A stretch of DNA of 64,000 bases from a virus, in the IMG/VR virus record IMGVR_UViG_3300011980_000002, positions 128,001-192,000 of that record; one strand, written 5' to 3'. Below are positions 37,367-47,131 of the stretch, piece by piece. Each line of letters starts with the position of its first letter. Position 1 is the first letter of the stretch. The translations under genes and the position numbers were made by a program. The notes below the pieces were generated by a model. The model did no database searches. It was not told where the DNA came from and saw only the letters and a list, made by a program, of their open reading frames with translations.

Positions 37367-38009
37367 AGTTGATTTATTTAATTATAAAACCCCATTTGAT
37401 TATATGGGTAAGAACTGGGCTGAAGAGTTAACAAAAGAATTTGTAATTAGTCATTTAGGCACTATACTCGATTTTATAAATAATCTTAATTCTGATTATA
37501 TCAATATTGTAGAGACAGTTGAGAAATTAATTGCTTCTAATAATAAATCGGTTATATTTGACTGGTGTGAAAAGAACACTAGACCAGTTTATATTATAAA
37601 AAGAATCTATATTTTATTCAATGAATATCATAATAGTACTAAAGGGTATAGTATAGATTTGGATACTGTGAATATGTTTAAGAGACTGGAGTTATTAGTT
37701 GCACCTTATGATATAATTGATGCTTCATATCGATTACAAATAGAAGTTTCTAAAGCATACAATATGTATTCCACAGATATGTGTGTCAAAGATATCATGG
37801 ATAAAATGTATAAGAATGGTGAAATGGATAAAGATATCTTATATAGTAAATTAAAAGATAAGTGGTACGTATCCAATATAGATAAGGCTTTAGACAAATT
37901 ATTAAGAGAGAGTAAATTTATTTCCAATATAGATAATAAATTATGGGTAACATATATTGGAAATATTATTTACGAGGCTGTTTTATTAAAGAATAAGTCT
38001 GTAATTTAA
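37356..38009 (+). CDS. tandem family member 3 (more divergent)
   Basis: Start chosen at ATGATG 37356 (GAGGAAGG RBS 6 nt upstream, conserved in the vestigial copy) rather than 37344. Similar length to the others, with a C-terminal winged-helix-like segment. Confidence 0.6.
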   Translation: MMIKVDLFNYKTPFDYMGKNWAEELTKEFVISHLGTILDFINNLNSDYINIVETVEKLIASNNKSVIFDWCEKNTRPVYIIKRIYILFNEYHNSTKGYSIDLDTVNMFKRLELLVAPYDIIDASYRLQIEVSKAYNMYSTDMCVKDIMDKMYKNGEMDKDILYSKLKDKWYVSNIDKALDKLLRESKFISNIDNKLWVTYIGNIIYEAVLLKNKSVI

Positions 38010-38023
38010 AGGAGAAAAGAAAT

Positions 38024-38686
38024 ATGAGCAAAGATATTCATTTTCCAACAGTTCCAGTATTTAAAGGTGGAATTAAAACCGAAGAAGATTTTAAAGTATT
38101 TAAAGATTTCACTCGTAAATTAAGAATTAACAAATCTAAGTATATTGATACTATGATAGATAAATTTATGTCTATTGTGGATAAGAAGTCATATTATGAT
38201 TTTATAAACTATTTCAGAAAAGATATTATTAAAATTATGGATATTATAGAACATATAAACTTCCCTATATCCGGAATTCAATATAATATGAAGTATGTTG
38301 AATGTGATTTACCAATATTAAACATGTTTGTTAGAAAGTATGTAACATTACAAGATTCATCCAATAGAGTATTAGCTGGAGTCATATATGATAAAGAGAA
38401 AGATAATATATTGAAAATATATACTCTTTTAGAAAAATACTATTCTATGGATTTATTCCCAACAGTATCATCTTTATCAAAACATAAAAAAATCAAAGAT
38501 GTGGTTATTACTAAAGATGAGTTCAATTCATTAAATAAATTGCTATTTGATTATGGGGTATTGGAATTAGAATTTGATAGTATCAAGTATTCTATGAGTG
38601 CTATTGGATTAGCTTTTTATGATTACATAATACCTATTATATTTAGAAAAGATAACTATTCAACTTTAATGTCTAAATATCTATAA
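38024..38686 (+). CDS. tandem family member 4 (more divergent)
   Basis: 220 aa, leader AAAGGAGAAAAGAAATATG. Comparable length and C-terminal pattern (DEFNSLNKLLFDYGVLELEFDSIKYSMSAIGLAFYDYI). Confidence 0.6.
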   Translation: MSKDIHFPTVPVFKGGIKTEEDFKVFKDFTRKLRINKSKYIDTMIDKFMSIVDKKSYYDFINYFRKDIIKIMDIIEHINFPISGIQYNMKYVECDLPILNMFVRKYVTLQDSSNRVLAGVIYDKEKDNILKIYTLLEKYYSMDLFPTVSSLSKHKKIKDVVITKDEFNSLNKLLFDYGVLELEFDSIKYSMSAIGLAFYDYIIPIIFRKDNYSTLMSKYL

Positions 38687-38700
38687 ACTAATCTTTAATT

Positions 38701-39753
38701 ATGATAGAGAATGTACAAAACTTCAAAGAAAGATTTATAGAATTATTTATGTTAAGAGATGTCTGGAAACAGAAAGTATCTGATTCACAATATCGGACTA
38801 GATGTGTATATTGTGGAGATAGTAAGAAAGATTTCAATACCGGACATCTCTATATTAAGTGTAATAAAGACGATAGGTCACCTATTGTCTATAATTGTTT
38901 TAAATGCACAGCATCTGGTCTAGCAGATGCTGATTTTTTTAAATTGTTAGATTTAGATGATTTAATCTCAGATAATTCCTTTGATAAATTAAAGAATAAT
39001 TTTAGTAAAGTAAATAATTCTCATAGAGTACAAGATTTTATTTATGAAAATTATTCATGTTTTAACAGTAATAAATATCTTTATAAATTAGACTATATAG
39101 AAAAAAGAATAGGAGTTAAATTTAATAATGAAATGGTTAATAAATGTAAAGTAATCACATCTATTAAGGAATTTCTTAAATATAATAAAATTAAAGATAT
39201 TACTGTGGATAAATATATATTGGATATATTAGACAGAGATTATATTGGATTTTTATCATATGGGAATACACATATATTCTTAAGAGATATAACTAATACT
39301 CATAAATTATCGTGGGTTAAATATAAGATATATAATAGTAATACTTTAGTAGTTTATAATATCAGTAATAGTATTAATGTATTAACCACAGAAGATATTA
39401 CTATAAATATAAGTGAAGGTATAATAGATATTTTATCAATTGCTTATAATCTTAATAATAATAGAGATAATGTAATTAATTTTGCTAATGGTAGTAAATC
39501 TTATTTTAACTTAATCAATCATATAATTAAATTAGGTTTAGTAGGAAATAATGTAACTTTAAATATCTATAGTGATAATGATAAGAAATTCAATAATGAT
39601 AGTAATTATTATGATACTACCATTAATTACTATAAAAAGGTATTTAGGTATTACAAAATACTATTTAAAGAAATTAATGTATATTATAACATACTGAGAA
39701 AAGATTGTGGTGAACGTATAGAAAATATATCTTTAAGTAAGCATAAAATATAA
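38701..39753 (+). CDS. DNA primase (zinc ribbon + Toprim)
   Basis: CVYCGDSKKDFNTGHLYIKCNKDDRSPIVYNCFKCTASG (CxxC...CxxC, T7 gp4/DnaG-type). Toprim glutamate INISEGIIDILS and DxD IYSDNDK. Confidence 0.75.
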   Translation: MIENVQNFKERFIELFMLRDVWKQKVSDSQYRTRCVYCGDSKKDFNTGHLYIKCNKDDRSPIVYNCFKCTASGLADADFFKLLDLDDLISDNSFDKLKNNFSKVNNSHRVQDFIYENYSCFNSNKYLYKLDYIEKRIGVKFNNEMVNKCKVITSIKEFLKYNKIKDITVDKYILDILDRDYIGFLSYGNTHIFLRDITNTHKLSWVKYKIYNSNTLVVYNISNSINVLTTEDITINISEGIIDILSIAYNLNNNRDNVINFANGSKSYFNLINHIIKLGLVGNNVTLNIYSDNDKKFNNDSNYYDTTINYYKKVFRYYKILFKEINVYYNILRKDCGERIENISLSKHKI

Positions 39754-39771
39754 CTCTGAAAGGATTAATTT

Positions 39772-40116
39772 ATGAAAAGAATTAATAGTAAAAATTATGA
39801 CATTATGACCAATGTATTCTTTATACATAAGGGTGTCCCATATAACGGTCGTATTGTGAACAACAAAGTAGATTCGTATTATATCGTGCATAAAATTACC
39901 ATGTTAGATAAAGCGGTGGATACCGGTAAGGAAACATATATGGTAGATAGAAATTTAGTAGATGACAAGTGCCCGTTCAATTTACCAAAATACCCAACTA
40001 TGGAAGATTTAGAATATATTAAATCAGTATATGATCAATGTCTAACTGATAAATATGATATGGATAGTCTGGATTTTGAAAAGTTCTATAAAATGGTTGG
40101 AAATCATTTTGATTAA
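39772..40116 (+). CDS. hypothetical protein
   Basis: 114-codon ORF with GAAAGGA RBS. Confidence 0.6.
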   Translation: MKRINSKNYDIMTNVFFIHKGVPYNGRIVNNKVDSYYIVHKITMLDKAVDTGKETYMVDRNLVDDKCPFNLPKYPTMEDLEYIKSVYDQCLTDKYDMDSLDFEKFYKMVGNHFD

Positions 40117-40120
40117 ATAA

Positions 40121-40162
40121 GATAATAGAGTATATAGAAATCAATCTATATACTCTATTATC
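40121..40162 (+). terminator. stem-loop terminator
   Basis: 17-bp stem GATAATAGAGTATATAG / CTATATACTCTATTATC. Weak T-tract. Confidence 0.65.
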
Positions 40163-40167
40163 TATGG

Positions 40168-40226
40168 TCCGTATTTCATATATATATATAGTAATATACT
40201 ATTTATATGTAATAAAATAAATATAT
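40168..40226 (+). promoter_or_regulatory. extended (class A) phage promoter, copy 3
   Basis: TCCGTATT - (TA)n - ATATACTATTTATATGTAA - TAAAATAAATATAT. Almost identical to copy 1. Confidence 0.6.
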
Positions 40227-40242
40227 TAAAGGAGATATCATC

Positions 40243-40488
40243 ATGATGTCATTAGCAGAGTTAAATAGAATAACCAGTAAGTTTGATTTAGAGGCTTGTA
40301 TGGCTATAGCCTCTGGAAGAAAAGAAACTATTGATTCTATCAAGGAAGAAATCAATACTCAACTTATATCATTTAATAACATGAAATCTGAAGCTGTTGA
40401 AGCTACAGATATTCACAACTTAGAATCTGCAATTTATAAATTGCAGATTACATTAAAGGATATAGAAGGCTTTGGAATGTTATTCTAA
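40243..40488 (+). CDS. small hypothetical protein (81 aa)
   Basis: AAAGGAG RBS 8 nt upstream. Single gene of a class A cassette. Confidence 0.65.
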   Translation: MMSLAELNRITSKFDLEACMAIASGRKETIDSIKEEINTQLISFNNMKSEAVEATDIHNLESAIYKLQITLKDIEGFGMLF

Positions 40489-40515
40489 GCCTTCTATATA
40501 TATATTAATAAAAAT

Positions 40516-40548
40516 AAATCTTAATTAATTTTAGGATTTATTTTTTTT
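40516..40548. terminator. weak AT-rich bidirectional stem-loop between convergent genes
   Basis: AAATAAATC ... GATTTATTT stem followed by T8. Confidence 0.4.
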
Positions 40549-43351
40549 ATATTAATAAATTATCTAAATCCAGTTTTATTGTTACTACTGTATTATCATG
40601 GAATTTCTTCATGTTAAGGTTTGTTAGAGTAGTTGCAATTTTAGATGATGATAATCCAACATTCTCTATTCCTAACTTATAGAATAATTGTCCCATACAT
40701 CTACTACATAATTTTTTTCCAATACACATCATTGGAGATCTCATTTTAACAGTTTTACCCATATAAGAATCCATATTTTTTTCATCTAATAGTATATGCT
40801 TACCATTACTACCAATGATATATCTATACATTACAGATTTAGCTGTTCCTTTATTAATCTCATATGGTATATATCCTTTAGTACCACAATCACTTTCTGG
40901 GTCAGGATTTAACATCTCTGTTTGCATTGCTGCAAGTAACTCTTTTGATAGATATCCTGTATCAGCAGTAGATACCGATTTAGAATATGCACCAATAACA
41001 TTAGAGTTAGCTGAAGCAGGTATATCTTTCTTAGCCATTCCATCCATTAGCGAATTAGTAATTATATCATAATTACCGGTTGCTGGATTCTTAACGACTC
41101 CTCTATACATAGCAATATTCTTTAAGTTATTCTTAACAGAACCTCTTGCTCCTGAGTCATATAAGTCCATACCAACATCACCTTTAAAGATTTCTTTAGT
41201 TTTATTTATCAATGCTTTCTCTATCTCTTCAGATATTTCAACATCACCTTTCTCTAATCTATCTTTATATTTCTCTACTAATTCATTTTTTAACTTAGAT
41301 ACTTCAGGTGGAGTTTTAATTGTTGGTAATGTATAAGAAGATGTTACAGTAGCATGCATCTTTAATCCAAACCAATCTCTATAGTCTATCCATCTATACA
41401 TATCAGTTACGGTAATTCTATCATCCATTAAAGCTTTAGCTATAGTATCTTCTATTTTACCTTGTTTACCCTCAGTTACAGGTTCATTAATATATCCAAT
41501 TATATCAGCGTAGTTATTTAACCATCTCTTATATAAACCGGTATTAAGTACATATCTACCTACAGTAGTTTCTATAGCTGTTTTAGTAGGGGATTTAGCT
41601 GCCGGTAATGTAAATTTATCGGTAGGTTTAAACTTAGGAATACCATTAAGTTTTCTTGTGTTATCATCTTTAAGATTTGCAAACATCATATTCATAATAT
41701 CGGCATTAAAATAATCTGGTGATTTTTCTAATAACCAATCTATATCTGTTTTAGAAGCTGTTTTATCATCAGATGAAGGATTCTTAGTTAATGAATAGAA
41801 AGTCTGTACTGGTTCACTACCAACAACTTTCATATTCTTCCCATCCATATTAAGAATATACTTCTTACTATTAACATACTTTTCCAATTCAGCATTTGCT
41901 TCTTGTGTCCATAATAACTTAATTGTCATTTGATCACCATCATAGTCTCCACCGAGTCCTAATAGATAAGATGGTGAGAACTGTTGTGAGTCTATAAACA
42001 TAGTACCAATATGGTCCATATCCGCATCAAAGTCTACAACAGGATACCATTTGTAAATAGTATTATTAGTTCTCATTATCTGTGTTTTAGTAGTAGATAT
42101 AACTCTTACTTTACACATGAAAGAACCATATTGGTCGTTAAGAGGATATCTTGTACACATGGCATACTTATCTCTTACTGAATCCTCACAAGCCATATAT
42201 AATAAATCCGTTACAGTCATATATCTGTTTGATATTGTAGAATCTTCTTGATTTACATTGTTAAGAGTACTTCCAACAAATGTCATATACATCTTATTAG
42301 GACCTTCTACTGGTATTTCTATCTTATTAAATCTCGACTCTGGATTCTTAATATAATTATTAATCATTCCATCTATATACTTATCATCAAAATATGCTTC
42401 CGGAGATATTAACTTTACAGGTTCAAATTCACCTTTACTATTAATAAAAGATTTACTGTCTTTATTCTCAAATACCTCTTTCTTAAAGAAATTTTTTACC
42501 CAGTTAAGAACAAATGGATATGCTAATACACATATCTGTGATATAGGTAATCCACAATAACCTAGACTTATCATTTCGTCATCCGGATTATTACTATGGT
42601 AATTTTTAGATGTGATGACAGTTCTTGTAGAGTTACATACGGATTTACCCATTAGGTATTTTCTTATCATACCATTTTTCTTTTCTATCTTAGTCTTAAA
42701 ATATTCATATATTTCCATAATAGAGTTTTGAATTATTTTATTACTAGCATGGAATTGGAAATTAAATCCATCTTCTTCTTTTACAGTGGATACATGTCTT
42801 ATAATTCCGCTATATAAAGTATTTAACTCATTAGTAGTTCCACCACCTTTACCATCAGAGATAACATCTCTATATGATACCGGTATTACTACTAATTTAT
42901 TCATGAATAGTATTTTCTTAGGTATTTTTAAGAAGTCTAATCTTTCCTGTCTTATTCCAATCGTAACATCATTATCTTCGTCAGTATCCCATTTAATCTT
43001 TTCCCAATTATTATATAAAAACTCTATACCAGTATCGGCATCCATATCTTCACTTGGGACTAATTTACCACTTTTATCTATCTTATAATAAGCTGAACCA
43101 TCTATAATCTTATCTACATTTCTGAATATAGATTTAACTGCTTTATATGCATTTGGGTGAAAAAAGTGATTATGTAAATCTATATAAGCCATTCTATTTT
43201 TTCTATCATATAATGATATACCAAATATCTCATTAGATAATAATCCATCACTGTGAGGAATTCCACCTCTTTGGAAAATTACCGGATTAGATACTTCTTG
43301 TAATCTATTAATTTTAACAAACTCATCTATATCTAATAAATCTAGTTTCAT
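40547..43351 (-). CDS. phage multisubunit RNAP beta-prime-like subunit (regions A through G, contains the catalytic DxDGD)
   Basis: N-terminus GLLSNEIFG...RMAYIDL..FHP. LMGKSVCNSTRTVITS (beta-prime LLGKRVDYSGRSVI). TRYPLNDQYGSF (NRAPTLH). Catalytic GGDYDGDQMTIKL (NADFDGDQM). DSGARGSVKN, TADTGYLSKELL and CSRCMG...KKFH. Confidence 0.9.
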   Translation of the reverse strand: MKLDLLDIDEFVKINRLQEVSNPVIFQRGGIPHSDGLLSNEIFGISLYDRKNRMAYIDLHNHFFHPNAYKAVKSIFRNVDKIIDGSAYYKIDKSGKLVPSEDMDADTGIEFLYNNWEKIKWDTDEDNDVTIGIRQERLDFLKIPKKILFMNKLVVIPVSYRDVISDGKGGGTTNELNTLYSGIIRHVSTVKEEDGFNFQFHASNKIIQNSIMEIYEYFKTKIEKKNGMIRKYLMGKSVCNSTRTVITSKNYHSNNPDDEMISLGYCGLPISQICVLAYPFVLNWVKNFFKKEVFENKDSKSFINSKGEFEPVKLISPEAYFDDKYIDGMINNYIKNPESRFNKIEIPVEGPNKMYMTFVGSTLNNVNQEDSTISNRYMTVTDLLYMACEDSVRDKYAMCTRYPLNDQYGSFMCKVRVISTTKTQIMRTNNTIYKWYPVVDFDADMDHIGTMFIDSQQFSPSYLLGLGGDYDGDQMTIKLLWTQEANAELEKYVNSKKYILNMDGKNMKVVGSEPVQTFYSLTKNPSSDDKTASKTDIDWLLEKSPDYFNADIMNMMFANLKDDNTRKLNGIPKFKPTDKFTLPAAKSPTKTAIETTVGRYVLNTGLYKRWLNNYADIIGYINEPVTEGKQGKIEDTIAKALMDDRITVTDMYRWIDYRDWFGLKMHATVTSSYTLPTIKTPPEVSKLKNELVEKYKDRLEKGDVEISEEIEKALINKTKEIFKGDVGMDLYDSGARGSVKNNLKNIAMYRGVVKNPATGNYDIITNSLMDGMAKKDIPASANSNVIGAYSKSVSTADTGYLSKELLAAMQTEMLNPDPESDCGTKGYIPYEINKGTAKSVMYRYIIGSNGKHILLDEKNMDSYMGKTVKMRSPMMCIGKKLCSRCMGQLFYKLGIENVGLSSSKIATTLTNLNMKKFHDNTVVTIKLDLDNLLI

Positions 43352-43409
43352 TTAATTTAGCCTGATTACTCCTTTCTAATTTTCTATTAAAAATCTATCT
43401 AAAGGTTAA

Positions 43410-43451
43410 GTCAATGTTTTTAGCCCTAAAAACCCTATGAAAAACATTGAC
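43410..43451. promoter_or_regulatory. 12-bp perfect inverted repeat carrying back-to-back TTGAC boxes in a divergent intergenic region
   Basis: GTCAATGTTTTT-N18-AAAAACATTGAC. The minus strand reads TTGACT-N17-TTTAAT ahead of the beta-prime gene. The plus strand reads TTGACC-N17-AAAAAT ahead of 43497. Confidence 0.4.
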
Positions 43452-43496
43452 CTAAATTAAAACTAAGATAAAAATATTATACAGAAAGGATTTATT

Positions 43497-44741
43497 ATGG
43501 ATATACAAGTTCCTGTATTTAGTAAATATGATGATAATGATATGAGTGATTTACTATTTACTGAAGCCTCCGGTGCAACAACAATAGTAAAGACATATCT
43601 CGAACCATTCGTAACGAATACATTAAATGACCCAATTAAAGATAAAAAATTTAAAAAATTAATATCAGATTTTATTAATAGAAATATGACTGAGTTAAAT
43701 AAATCTGGACCAATTAATCTTATTGCTGTTACTGATATAGATAAGGATAATTTCTTTAATTTATTCGGTATTAATAAAAAAGAACTAATTTCTACCATAG
43801 CATCTGCTACAAGTAAAATTAATGATAAAGCTAATTGGAAACTTATACAACAAAATCCATTATTCTCATTATTATATATGGCTATAAGACATTATATAAT
43901 TAAGAAAGATGAAAGTGGAATTAAAGCTGGAATTACTATGTATGCATTAGCATCTTATCCATCAGTATTTTCTTTATTCTTTAAGCATGGAGCTAAGGAA
44001 GATGTTATGGCTTATACGATAGATAATTTAACAGAGAAATTTACAATTAAGAAAGAAGGTACTATCTTTAAGACTTTAATATCTTCTATAACCGGTTCAT
44101 TTGCTTTCTTAAAGAAAGAATTTATCGGAGCAGATGATGTGGAAATTGTAAGATGGGTTACGAGAATAAGAAATGACCAGAAATCATTAATTAAGAAAAT
44201 TGCTAATCTTTATTATGAAAATGATAAAAAGGGATTAAGGATATTAACACAGACAGAAAACTTTGGTGATGGTAATATGATACAAGATACATTGAATAAT
44301 AGTGGTATTGTTGAAAATATTACTAGAAAAGTAGCACAGGCTATGATTATCAATGGTGTTGATATGGTAAGGGCTAGTGCAGCCGCTAAATTTGCACAAA
44401 TATCTATGTCAGATTTAAGAATATATCTTACCAATATGGTAATAGATAAGAAGGTTGGAGAAATATCTAAATTTATAGAATCTGTGTTATTCACATTTCT
44501 ATATATAGACAACTATCAAGCTCATCAGATTAATGACAGAGTATTTTTATCATTTGCCCTGAATTTATTCAGGAGAACTAATAGTAAAGATAACAATATT
44601 GTTACAATAAGGACTTTATTAGATAAGTGGTCTGATGATTTAGGAATACATGATAGATTTAAAAGAATAGCTTCCCAGATTAATTATAAGAAGGGATTAT
44701 TTATGTATATCATATTATGTATACAATATCACAATAATTAA
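43497..44741 (+). CDS. hypothetical protein, divergent from the beta-prime-like gene
   Basis: 414-codon ORF with AGAAAGGA RBS. Confidence 0.7.
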   Translation: MDIQVPVFSKYDDNDMSDLLFTEASGATTIVKTYLEPFVTNTLNDPIKDKKFKKLISDFINRNMTELNKSGPINLIAVTDIDKDNFFNLFGINKKELISTIASATSKINDKANWKLIQQNPLFSLLYMAIRHYIIKKDESGIKAGITMYALASYPSVFSLFFKHGAKEDVMAYTIDNLTEKFTIKKEGTIFKTLISSITGSFAFLKKEFIGADDVEIVRWVTRIRNDQKSLIKKIANLYYENDKKGLRILTQTENFGDGNMIQDTLNNSGIVENITRKVAQAMIINGVDMVRASAAAKFAQISMSDLRIYLTNMVIDKKVGEISKFIESVLFTFLYIDNYQAHQINDRVFLSFALNLFRRTNSKDNNIVTIRTLLDKWSDDLGIHDRFKRIASQINYKKGLFMYIILCIQYHNN

Positions 44742-45244
44742 ATATAATTTATAAACTATTTATTAATCATATTTAGAATATTTGATTATGGGTTTTTCGA
44801 TTATATAAACATTTTGCCAAATTGAAAAATCATGAAAGAAATATTCTCCGTTAAAAAATGATTTTCTTATTATATAAAAATCTAAAAGTAAGTATTATAT
44901 AAGGTCTTTGTTAATTTATGTATATTTTTGCTTAACATTGGTTCGTGGTTTTATGGTCGTAATTTATTACACATTTAAAAGATTCCCGCCTGTCTCAAAA
45001 ATTTAAATGAAATATAATTGCGTCATATTTTGTTTTTAATAGAGACCATGATAATACACTATCAACACACTTTAAGATTATGATGAAAGAATTTCATTTT
45101 TTATTAAGTATTGTATACAGATACTTTAGACATTATAGCCTGTTGTGTAAGCTCATGGGTTGAAACCTTCAAAAAATAGATAAGAAATAAATATAAATAA
45201 ACGCTTGAGGCTACGCAAGTTAAAAGACTCTTACGAAGAGATGA

Positions 45245-45268
45245 GATTATGTATTTAAATACATAATC
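45245..45268. repeat. 24-nt perfect palindrome GATTATGTATTTAAATACATAATC
   Basis: Exact self-complement read directly from the sequence, inside the 668-bp ORF-free region. Confidence 0.9.
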
Positions 45269-45359
45269 AGTAGCAGATAAGAAACACGGTTCTTCTTTAT
45301 TATTATTTTACGAAATTCCCAAGTCTATTAAATAAATTCTAAATATGTTAAAATTAAGA

Positions 45360-45394
45360 AATACCAGAATATAGATAATCTATATTCTGGTATT
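45360..45394 (-). terminator. terminator of the minus-strand gene 45410-46681
   Basis: 15-bp stem AATACCAGAATATAG / CTATATTCTGGTATT, 16 nt downstream of the minus-strand stop. Confidence 0.75.
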
Positions 45395-45409
45395 CTTTGT
45401 AGGCGATTT

Positions 45410-46681
45410 TTATCCTTTGATATCAAATAAGGTTTTTACTAAAGTCTGTATATAGTTAAAATTAATACAGATATACATGGTATATGTATATAATCCATAT
45501 TTATCATTATTAAACTTAATATTATAATTATCCCAATCTATTTTATAATCTTTATTTTCAAATAATAATACACCTTGTCTTCTTACTTTAATATCTATTA
45601 AATCAAATAATGGTAATCCATTCTTTAAGTGGTAATTAACCGCTTCTCTTATAGATGTATTAATAACTTCTCCAAAATCTACATCATCGTTTTTCTTCTC
45701 TAATCTAAATGATACATTTGTAAATAAATTCCAACCATTCTGAAGATTTAAATCTTCTTTTAACATTACATCTGTATATGTCGGTATAATAATATCTCTA
45801 CTATCAAATTCTTTATTAATAGGAATATCTGGTATTTTCTTATTAGAGAATAGATAATATAATCCTGTAGTAAAGAATTCCATTCTTACAGAAAATGTAA
45901 TCTGATAATCTGTAGTTGTATAACCTGATTTTTCCCCATCATTACTACTTAATGAACTTAATAAAGTATCTATTTTAACCGGATAATATCTATAGAATTC
46001 TTTTAATCTACTTCCACCTTGTAATTTATAAGTAATTGGGAATATGGAATGGGAATTCAAATAAGTTAAAAATCTTGCAGTAGTTCCATCTTCATCTACA
46101 ATAGGAATACCTGTTATCTTACTAATTGTATCCATCATAGACGGAGAAAGATAAGACTCTAAAAATGTATTTACATCTTGTGGGTGATTAAATACAGTCT
46201 TATTTAGTAAATAATCCATAAAGTTCATTTGTTCCATTTTCGTAGATAGTATTATTATTACATCAGCATACATAATACTTCTGTTTAATTGGAATCTTAT
46301 ATCAAAACCATTACTATCATCTCTAAAGAATGGCATTAATGCTCCCATATCATGAGTAAAATGTAATCCTAATCTTGGTTCCAATAATGCTGTTCCCTCT
46401 AAAAATCTTGAGTCATCAAAATCTACTCTAGGAGAAATTGCAAATATAGGTCTTTCTTTTACTTTAAATGATTTAGGTGTGCTTATAATTTGTCTATGAG
46501 CAATTTTACTATTAACATGTATAGTCTTAAAGAAATTCTCCGGAAATAAATTAATTAACCAATTCTGTATAAAGGCTATTGCGTTACCATATGTGTGGGA
46601 AGATGAACACATAAATTCAGCCTGTTGGAATGGTTTTACCATATGATTTTCTATTATAAGATGGTCATCATGTTCTATCAT
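45410..46681 (-). CDS. hypothetical protein
   Basis: 423-codon ORF with GGAAAGGA RBS on the minus strand. Confidence 0.7.
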   Translation of the reverse strand: MIEHDDHLIIENHMVKPFQQAEFMCSSSHTYGNAIAFIQNWLINLFPENFFKTIHVNSKIAHRQIISTPKSFKVKERPIFAISPRVDFDDSRFLEGTALLEPRLGLHFTHDMGALMPFFRDDSNGFDIRFQLNRSIMYADVIIILSTKMEQMNFMDYLLNKTVFNHPQDVNTFLESYLSPSMMDTISKITGIPIVDEDGTTARFLTYLNSHSIFPITYKLQGGSRLKEFYRYYPVKIDTLLSSLSSNDGEKSGYTTTDYQITFSVRMEFFTTGLYYLFSNKKIPDIPINKEFDSRDIIIPTYTDVMLKEDLNLQNGWNLFTNVSFRLEKKNDDVDFGEVINTSIREAVNYHLKNGLPLFDLIDIKVRRQGVLLFENKDYKIDWDNYNIKFNNDKYGLYTYTMYICINFNYIQTLVKTLFDIKG

Positions 46682-46819
46682 CAGTTTTGTTTATGTCCTT
46701 TCCATTTATATTTTTTCTAATATATGAGATTTATATATTTGTGTTCTGATATAACTAATAGTAATTAATTGATATTAGCACAAAATAATAAAATCTATAT
46801 ATAGAAAGGAACTAAGATA

Positions 46820-47131
46820 ATGAAAATTTTTATTAGTCAACCAATGAAAGGTTTGAGTAGACAAGAGATAGAGGATACTAGAAATAGTATTATCGCAGGA
46901 TTGAAGAATGAGTATGGTGATGATGTTGAGATACTTGATACATTCTTTGTTAATCCTGAAGAATTTGGGCTTAGTAAATTATCTAAGCCAATAGAATTCT
47001 TTGCTAAGAGTATAGAATATTTAGCAAAAGCTGATAAGGCTTATTTTGCTGAAGGTTGGGCAAATACTAGAGGTTGTGCATTAGAATATCTCATATGTGA
47101 AAAGTACGATGTAGAAATAATTCATGATTAA
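46820..47131 (+). CDS. DUF4406-like / nucleoside 2-deoxyribosyltransferase-fold protein
   Basis: MKIFISQPMKG (I-x-G-P-M-x-G-type start) and YFAEGWANTRGCALE (GW-x-x-S-x-G-x-x-x-E); about 100 aa. Motif-level call only. Confidence 0.45.
   Translation: MKIFISQPMKGLSRQEIEDTRNSIIAGLKNEYGDDVEILDTFFVNPEEFGLSKLSKPIEFFAKSIEYLAKADKAYFAEGWANTRGCALEYLICEKYDVEIIHD

Noticed and set aside
43497-44741. Calling the 414-aa protein the sigma-like fifth subunit (phiKZ gp68 / AR9 gp226 analogue) of the phage RNAP
   Set aside because: The only support is its divergent position next to the beta-prime-like gene. I cannot see any sequence motif to back the call, so it is left as hypothetical.
45150-45165. Shared GCTCATGGGT(T/G)GAAA between 45150 and 48610 as a regulatory motif
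   Set aside because: Only 10 contiguous identical nucleotides. Many such pairs are expected by chance in 64 kb, and there are no further copies or positional logic.
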